A stretch of DNA of 63,055 nucleotides, the filler included, from Collodictyon triciliatum (taxonomy: Eukaryota), in NCBI GenBank assembly GCA_043381765.1. It is 19 parts of 19 records of this genome, joined end to end, with 100 filler letters (N's around TTAATTAATTAA, not from the genome) between each part and the next. Parts side by side here need not be neighbours in the genome. Positions count along the whole stretch, not along the records: positions 56,525 to 59,740 come from JBHJMP010007634.1; positions 59,841 to 63,055 come from JBHJMP010007635.1; 17 more parts are not named here. One strand, given 5' to 3'. The position numbers and the translations under genes are program-made. A model generated the notes under the pieces. That model ran no database searches. It had not been told where the DNA came from and was given only the letters and a program-made list of their open reading frames with translations. The first letter of the stretch is position 1, and every line of letters starts with the position of its first letter. This document shows positions 56,525 to 63,055 of the stretch, in pieces.

Positions 56525-57826
56525 TTTGAGGGGACAGCGGGTCACTTTCCTTGCGTTTCTTGCTGGGCGACTCTGACAAAAAGCGATGCATCGTTGTTTG
56601 TCTGGAATTATCGGAAGTGGCGCTTGACCGTCCCCGGGTTTCAGAACCATGTGTAGCCGGCAGTAGACTTTGCTTAACCGGAGTATGGATACGCGTTTGT
56701 GGTTTTAGAAACATACGCTCCTGCTTGCTTGGATTCGACTTGCGCTGTTTGCTCTTGCTCCTTGGTTCTCGGTGCGACGGCTTAGAGCAGCGTAAACGGA
56801 CTATCTTTGGTGGGCGCTGGTTCTTGTGTTGCCTTCGCTTTGGAGTATCCTTTCGGATAAGTAACGAAGACTGCCTTGAGGCCTCCTATGTTAACCATAT
56901 TCACGCCAGTCTGAATGGGTAGTTTAAGGGGGGATTTCTTTCGGGGTTTGGAGATGCGCTGCTCTTGGGTCTTGCGATGTGCAGGCTTGTCCGGTGTTGG
57001 CGGTGGAGGGCTCGAGTGCGAGGATTCTGAAGAGGAACCGAGATTTCCTTCCATGTCATCGCCGCTGTCGCTGTATGCGCGTATCTGCTGTGAGTCTTGC
57101 GGGCTCAGTTGTTGCCTGGCCTTGGCTTCCTTGACCCCGTGGCTGCTTGTCTGCTTGGCAGGTGTATTCTTTTGTGGGGTTTTACTTGTCGCTCGTTGTT
57201 CGCGCCTGGCGGACGCTCTTTGAGGATGCGCTTTGGACATTTTTTTCCCATGACCGTAAACTTTACAGGCAGCTGGTTCTTATGACAAAGAATCTTCACC
57301 ACGGCTGTGTCTGTGAATAAGCCTTGTCCTTTTTGATATCCACGTGGGTCGGTCTGAACGGCTTCAGCTCGTCACGAAGGAGTTGCGGCCACATGTCCAG
57401 CGGTAGTTGGTAGAGCATCACCGAGGTCTCTGTTGGTTTATTTCTGCTGAAGCTGATTGTAATATCGATCAAACTTACCTGCTTCAGCTCCAGAAGCTTT
57501 CGGGCGTTCTCTGCAGCGCGGAAGGCAATCAAGCAAAGGCCTTCGCTGTCTGGTAAGCGCAATTGGATGGACTCTTCCCAAAGTTTGTTTGCTTTCAAGA
57601 AGGAGGCGAGCGCATCTGTGAGTCTGCAGGCCTTGTTCTTGTTGTAAACGACTTGCTCGACATCGTGCAAAAATACTGTCCGCTCAGACAGACTTGCAGG
57701 CGGCTTCTTTGCACGGGTCTTCCTAGACTTACGTGCAACTCGAGGGTTTTCTGCACCAGCGTTGGAACCAGAAGAACTGGCTGCAACTTGCTAACCACCT
57801 ACCCATCTCGGCTCGTGTTTTCCATC
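56525..57826 (-). mobile_element. Degenerate non-LTR retrotransposon ORF1-like remnant, copy 2 (runs to contig edge)
   Basis: Homologous to 21707-22558. Frameshifted. Basic Ser/Pro-rich tail ends SPSKKRKESDPLSPQ. Confidence 0.65.
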
Positions 57827-60009
57827 AGGCGCAGGCAAATTTCACAAAATGTTAAGAGTTCGTAACCGAATCAAATGATATGTAATTAGTCAAATTACAT
57901 AATGTTTTTTTCTCGAATTGATTTTCGGCGAAGAGAACCAACAATTCTTCGGGAAAATCAAATTTCTTCGGTAATCTCAAATACTGCTAGTGCATTCCTG
58001 TCCGATATGCAGATATACCGCATTCATATTAGTATTCATATAATCTAAAAAATGGATTTACTTAAGTAAAGGTAAGCAACTTGCTTGCTTGCTCCGCTGT
58101 GTTTCTGCTCCCCAGTCCCGGCAATTTGTTACTAAACACCTTCACATCATCAAATCTGGGGAAAAACTCATAATTTTTTTATATTCAGGACTTTTATGCA
58201 CCGTTCAATAATACTCGTTTTATATTGTAATTCTGTGCATGATGGTGGAGTTGTTGGCTTCAATGATACTCGTTATTTCATCCTGGATAGAATTGAGCAA
58301 CAGAATCATTCAATACGGCTGTTACAATCTGATTATATTCACCACAATATTTGTCTTTTTCTTTTTTAATTGTGCAAAATGGTGGAAGTTTTGGTCTTGA
58401 GTCGCTAGCCTTCGTTCACATGAGTGCTACTTGTGGGCCGAATGACAGAAAGTAAAGTCAGTTTTTTAGCAACTGCACCCTGCGTGTTGGTCTGTAACAT
58501 GGCTCTTATGCCTCAGCGAGATATGTAACACAAGGTTTAATCAATTTATCGACCTCTTTACATATGTCTGTCTTCTCACGGGTTCTGAGTTATAAAGAAC
58601 GTAAAGGTGGTAAAATAATGTGGAGAAACAATTACTGTATGTCATTCGCAGGCATTCTTAAATGATTTACATATAACCATCTGCTGTTTTCTGATACCAA
58701 CATACGTCAAAATATAAAAAACAGAATAATCATTACGGAAAATAGAAAAATTATGATTTGGCAAAGTCATCACGACTATTCTATTTTCTACTACCAACTC
58801 TGAGCCCCATCCACAAGTCATTTTTTTTAATTTTTCTACCCCATAAATCACATCTTATTACATAATACTTCGATGCCTTTCCTTCACAAATTTTAAATTT
58901 GCATCCCTTAATAATGATAATGCAGTGAATAAAGACTGCACAAAGAAAAGCTAAAAAATAATAATAAAAAAACCAGGAATGAATTGATAATTTTTCAGTC
59001 CAAGACAGCGTGACTTTACAAATTGCAACATAGCTATACAGGTTCTGTATGCTCATGTTCATTGATTTTTTTTATTTCTTATCTGCAATATCTGCTTAAT
59101 GTTGTGTTGGTTATATTTGCTATTGTAAATTTAATGCGGACTATATGTCAGCAATTCATGATGAATTTTGTTCCTTATTTTGTTTTCATGGCTCTGTTTA
59201 TTTTGTTTGTTCTGAATGATGTCTGTCTGAATATTGAGAAGTTTCTGACTTGTAAACGCGTCACAACATCAGAAAATGAACTTTACATATGTCCACGATT
59301 TCCTATGATTGCGGGCCGCTATGCCACTTTGTACTGTATCATACACACAAAATGTGTATTGGGTCTTTATTCATTTAAGAATTGTAAATTAACACAACCT
59401 ATATGTCACTATCGCGGTTGCTACACAGCGGTACGCGGTGTAATCTCTGAGAAAATAGACAAATATAGATGCACACAAACTGGCCAATTTTATTAGAAGG
59501 AATTTCGTTGTTTTTTTTGTCGAGAGAAATACATCTTATACATACATTTATGTGAATGTAATTATCATCTGGTTTTTTTGTAGTAACATTTTATAAACAT
59601 GAAAATTAGTGGTCTTTACATAAATGCTGTATGGAATGCTTAAGGTCAATTATAAATATTCTGTACAAAGCCAATACACGCGCTCTAGATTTACCACGAT
59701 AAACAAGTTGACATAGCAATATAACCTTGTGTACCTGTAANNNNNNNNNNNNNNNNNNNNNNNNNNNNNNNNNNNNNNNNNNNNTTAATTAATTAANNNN
59801 NNNNNNNNNNNNNNNNNNNNNNNNNNNNNNNNNNNNNNNNGTTGGTTTTTGTTGGTTTTTGTTGGTTTTTGTTGGTTTTTGTTGGTTTTTGTTGGTTTTT
59901 GTTGGTTTTTGTTGGTTTTTGTTGGTTTTTGTTGGTTTTTGGGTCGGGAGATCAGGTATGGTACTATCTAATCAGGAAGCAATCATATCTATCATTTATT
60001 TATGTTATA

Positions 60010-60135
60010 CTAGAAGGGACATAACATCTTTCGATTGGTAAACCTGATGCGCTAGTATCCAAGGCCTCACCACTTTTTCACAAAGGTTGTGTAGTGGTGA
60101 AGGCTGCCAGGAAAGACCCGACAGCCTTTTTTTTA
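60010..60135 (-). ncRNA. Candidate Fanzor omegaRNA scaffold
   Basis: GC-richer structured segment directly 3' of RuvC-III. Stems AAGGCTG/CAGCCTT (60100-60106/60122-60128) and TCACCACT/AGTGGTGA (60067-60074/60093-60100) with inner CACAA/TTGTG, plus an ATC-GAAA-GAT tetraloop. Confidence 0.55.
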
Positions 60136-60999
60136 GAGAAAGGTGTTTGCAGTTTTTGAAGAATTAAAAGAACTTTCTTGAGTATATTATTAGCGCTTTT
60201 AAAGTCCCTTGTCAAGAATACAGTTTATTTGCTTTCTGGGCGATTGCATTATTTACATATGAGACATCTATACAACTTTTTTTGAATATCCTTTCAGTCT
60301 CATATATTCCAGTTCTTTTTCGCAGTTGCAGCACATCTTGGAGGTTTTTAATTCATCTACACTAACTGTTTCAAAACGTTTGGATAGTATTTTTCGTAAT
60401 CCTCTTCCGATTGTTGGTATAAAATGTTTCATCTGGGGATTTTCTGCTCCAATCTCCATACATCAGTACAATATCCTTGCCAAATGTCTTTTCGATTCGG
60501 TCCATAAACATTTGTTCTCTTCTTTTTGTATTAACATAATGGCTCCATATAATCTTTCGAAAAGTTACTTGTTCATAAAATCTGGATAGTTCTATCTGAT
60601 ATCTTGATTTCATAGATAAATATTTTCGAATTTTTTTCATAATCGACCGTGCACGAATTAAATTTACCCAGTTCTGTCTCTAAATCGATTAAAGATACTC
60701 TTGATGTCTCAAACTGCTGATTCTCTTCAAAAGTGATGCAACCAAAAGAAAACAGCACTTTATAAATCTGTTGCCATGCATATCCCTGAGGAATTTTACT
60801 TTTCTCGCGCAAGAGTATTTTGTGATTTTCAAGAGATTTGCTATCATGTCTTTTTTGGTGTGCCGTGTAGCGTAATTTCTTACCTGTCTCATCCACCATG
60901 TAAACCAAATTAAACTTGCCTGCGTCCACTCAAACTATTTTTTTTTTTTTTCGCTATTAAAGATAACTGCTCTTCGGAAAGTTCATCTATATAAACATA
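60067..60999 (-). pseudogene. Fanzor1 (eukaryotic TnpB-like RuvC nuclease) pseudogene, C-terminal half
   Basis: Stitched frames read YIDELSEEQL..KIV*VDAGK (RuvC-I D, 60926-60924)...ETELGKFNSCTVDYEK...FYEQVTFRK...IEKTFGKDIVLMYGDWS...QMKHFIPTIGRGLRKILSKRFETVSVDELKTSKMCCNC (rearranged RuvC-II E, 60354-60352; Zn finger)...CK*C...FLTRDFKSANNI (RuvC-III D, 60206-60204). Four frameshifts and three stops. Confidence 0.9.
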
Positions 61000-61224
61000 C
61001 TAGTAAGAGTACCCGTGCTTCGCATCGGGAATAAAGAAGAAAAAAGGAAAGGAAAAAAGAAAAATGAAACGGATGAATCAATCGGAGCAACTAACACTGA
61101 ACATTTTATTCCTACTTATCTTGCTGCCCATGGGTAAATGTCTTGAGCCCGAATCCTATTAACACTTTCTCCAGTAGCTTCTTGTCAATTGCTACCCATA
61201 GGTCGATGACTAAAACTTGAGCCC
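61000..61224 (-). mobile_element. Helitron 3' terminus and subterminal region (5' end not located)
   Basis: The minus strand reads CCCGATGCGAAGCACGGG (hairpin, 61029-61012), TACTCTTA, CTAG|T. An imperfect internal direct repeat lies at 61121-61150 and 61189-61224. Confidence 0.75.
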
Positions 61225-63055
61225 TTTCCACCTTTCTTCAAGTGTCTCATCTTTCTCCTCATTTTGCAGTCGCTTTTCTTATTATTGTTTTTTACCCAAA
61301 TATCTGGAAATTTGATCGTCGCTCATGCTGACTGGACGCGATAAAAGACCTTTTTGATTATCTTCTTGCCCCGTCAAATCGAACTATATTGTTTTTTATT
61401 TTATTAATATGCCATCCGAGACTCAAGCCTCTTAAAACATCATTTACTATCATAAAAAGCCATCAATATTATGTCTCAATCATTTCAAATAGCATAAAAA
61501 CGTATTCCCTGTTCTTATGTAATTCTTTTAAACCGCTTCATTGAGAGGAACGTTTCACTCACTGGATTCATCATTTTATATATAACCTTAATACCTAATA
61601 ATAAAATATATATGTTGTATTGTTCTATGAGTTGCAATATAATATGTTTTGAGATCTCGCTATGATAGCAGGCTAGGAGTGTTGGAGTCGTCCGTGCCAC
61701 AGAGTTTCCCTCATTGCGCGTTGCAGGCTTATGCTCCGTGTGCAAAAGAATATCATTTCGCTTCTACCTTGCTCCATCAAAGGAGCCCGCTCCGTCTTAT
61801 TAGTAGGTTGTTGTACTCACGGGTCGGTGGCATCTGGCGTCTTGATCGTCAGTCTGTCTCGGTGCATAACTGTGTTGTAAGGGATGTAGTCAAGTGACCT
61901 TTTCGCTCTCTGGATTAGATGCGTCGGCCTCTTCGGTTTGCGTTCGGTCAGTAGGCATCCTACGGGGCAAGGCTGTGGCGCCGGTCTCCTGATTGGTGGT
62001 CTCGTCCTTATCAGGATCGCTCCTTCCAATCGCTTACTTCTTTGCTTTTTGTTCTTTTCGGCTTCAGAATGCGGTGGGTTAGAAGGAAAGAACACCAGTT
62101 AGATATTACTTTCAGGGGAATGTGTTCTGTGTCTCTCTGTGTGCTTGTTACATAAAGAGACATTTTTCTCAATTTATATAGTTTTTTATTGCTTGTTTCA
62201 ATTGCGTATCTCTCAGTGTCATAAATATGAGTTTACATATATTTTACAGAATTGGAATTTGGGCGTTGGAACAAACGAACGAGCAAATGCACCATTTATG
62301 GAATATATTTCGAATTTTTAATATTCTGATAAAACCACTTTGAACTGGATAACTTATTCAATTTTAGACCACAAAATAAAACAATTATCATATATACGTA
62401 TCGACAAAGTAAAAAGCGCAGGATTTGAGGGGTGTGCGTCATATGGCATCTCAACTCTTTACAACGCGCATGCCAACGTTCGGCAGCAAAACTTTTTCTC
62501 TTTTCCTGCTGCATTCTCGCAGATGCGACACGAGCGAAGAAGCGACACAACGAGGAAGAACAGAAACGAGACTCTTGGGGGCACTCAGTGTGCCTGTCAG
62601 ACTTCTTGCACTGGCGCTTCCCATACCCTGTTTGCTCGGCCCGACTCAAAGAGAGAAGTGTGCCGACCCGCTCATAGGACACGGAAGCCCTCGACAGGCG
62701 GTGTGACTGGTTCTCTTGGACTGAGATCAGGAGGAAACAGGATGCTTGACGCCGAGAGACAAAGGCTCTGCAACTCATGCGAGTCAGCGGATTAGATGCT
62801 GGTTTATTTTATCAGTCGTCCGCCTTGGGGGGTGCAGGCGAAAAGACGCTTCGGCTGGCCTTCTTCATGTTCATGAAGTTGCTCGCAGCCCGGTCGTCGC
62901 GGGCCATTTGTCTTTGGACGTTGAGAGCGGCCTGTGGCTGGGGTGCGCCCTGTATGCAGCGCAGGGATGTGCGTTTTTTTTTTTTTTTTGCAATTGGTAA
63001 ATAAACGGGCAGTTGCCAGGAAGACTACGATACTGCAAAGGAAAAAAAAAAGAAA

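Noticed and set aside
57870-59740. Gene or viral remnant in the AT-rich remainder of contig 18
   Set aside because: No coherent frame or recognisable motif. No tRNA or rRNA was recognised here or elsewhere in the window.
60220-60260. TAA reassigned to a sense codon, given in-frame TAAs in the Fanzor
   Set aside because: H3 and other genes end in TAA, long ORFs lack internal stops, and the Fanzor also has frameshifts.
60985-60994. A|TCTATATA as a plus-strand Helitron 5' end
   Set aside because: It is explained as the reverse complement of the Fanzor YIDE codons.
62810-62975. Minus-strand RDDRAASNF as a second RuvC-III motif
   Set aside because: There is no upstream Zn finger or DExxTS motif, so it is probably chance.

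Overview
This window is eukaryotic and not contiguous. It holds 19 contigs of about 3.2 kb, ordered almost strictly by decreasing length (3226 to 3215 nt) and joined by 100-nt N44-TTAATTAATTAA-N44 linkers, so adjacency across linkers means nothing biologically. The DNA is AT-rich, intron-rich and microsatellite-rich, uses the standard code, and probably comes from a flagellated protist (CFAP77, WDR27). Recognisable genes, mostly partial: topoisomerase VI A (SPO11-3 type), a carboxypeptidase 3' exon, an NHL propeller, a putative STAND-cyclase TPR tail, an IQ protein, a triad-dead bacterial-type trypsin/EGF surface protein, DUF4062-NACHT and TPR fragments, WDR27, histone H3, a TMEM104-like transporter, importin-11, an Rh-type channel, a PH protein, CFAP77, a pseudokinase-SAM protein, a PKD2/TRP-SPRY channel and an LRR protein. 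Mobile DNA comprises two decayed copies of a LINE-like ORF1 and, most interesting, a Fanzor1 (eukaryotic TnpB-like RNA-guided nuclease) pseudogene. The Fanzor has a candidate omegaRNA, is truncated exactly at a Helitron 3' terminus, and is flanked by 7-bp direct repeats. Family calls rest on recalled motifs and hand splicing, not database searches.
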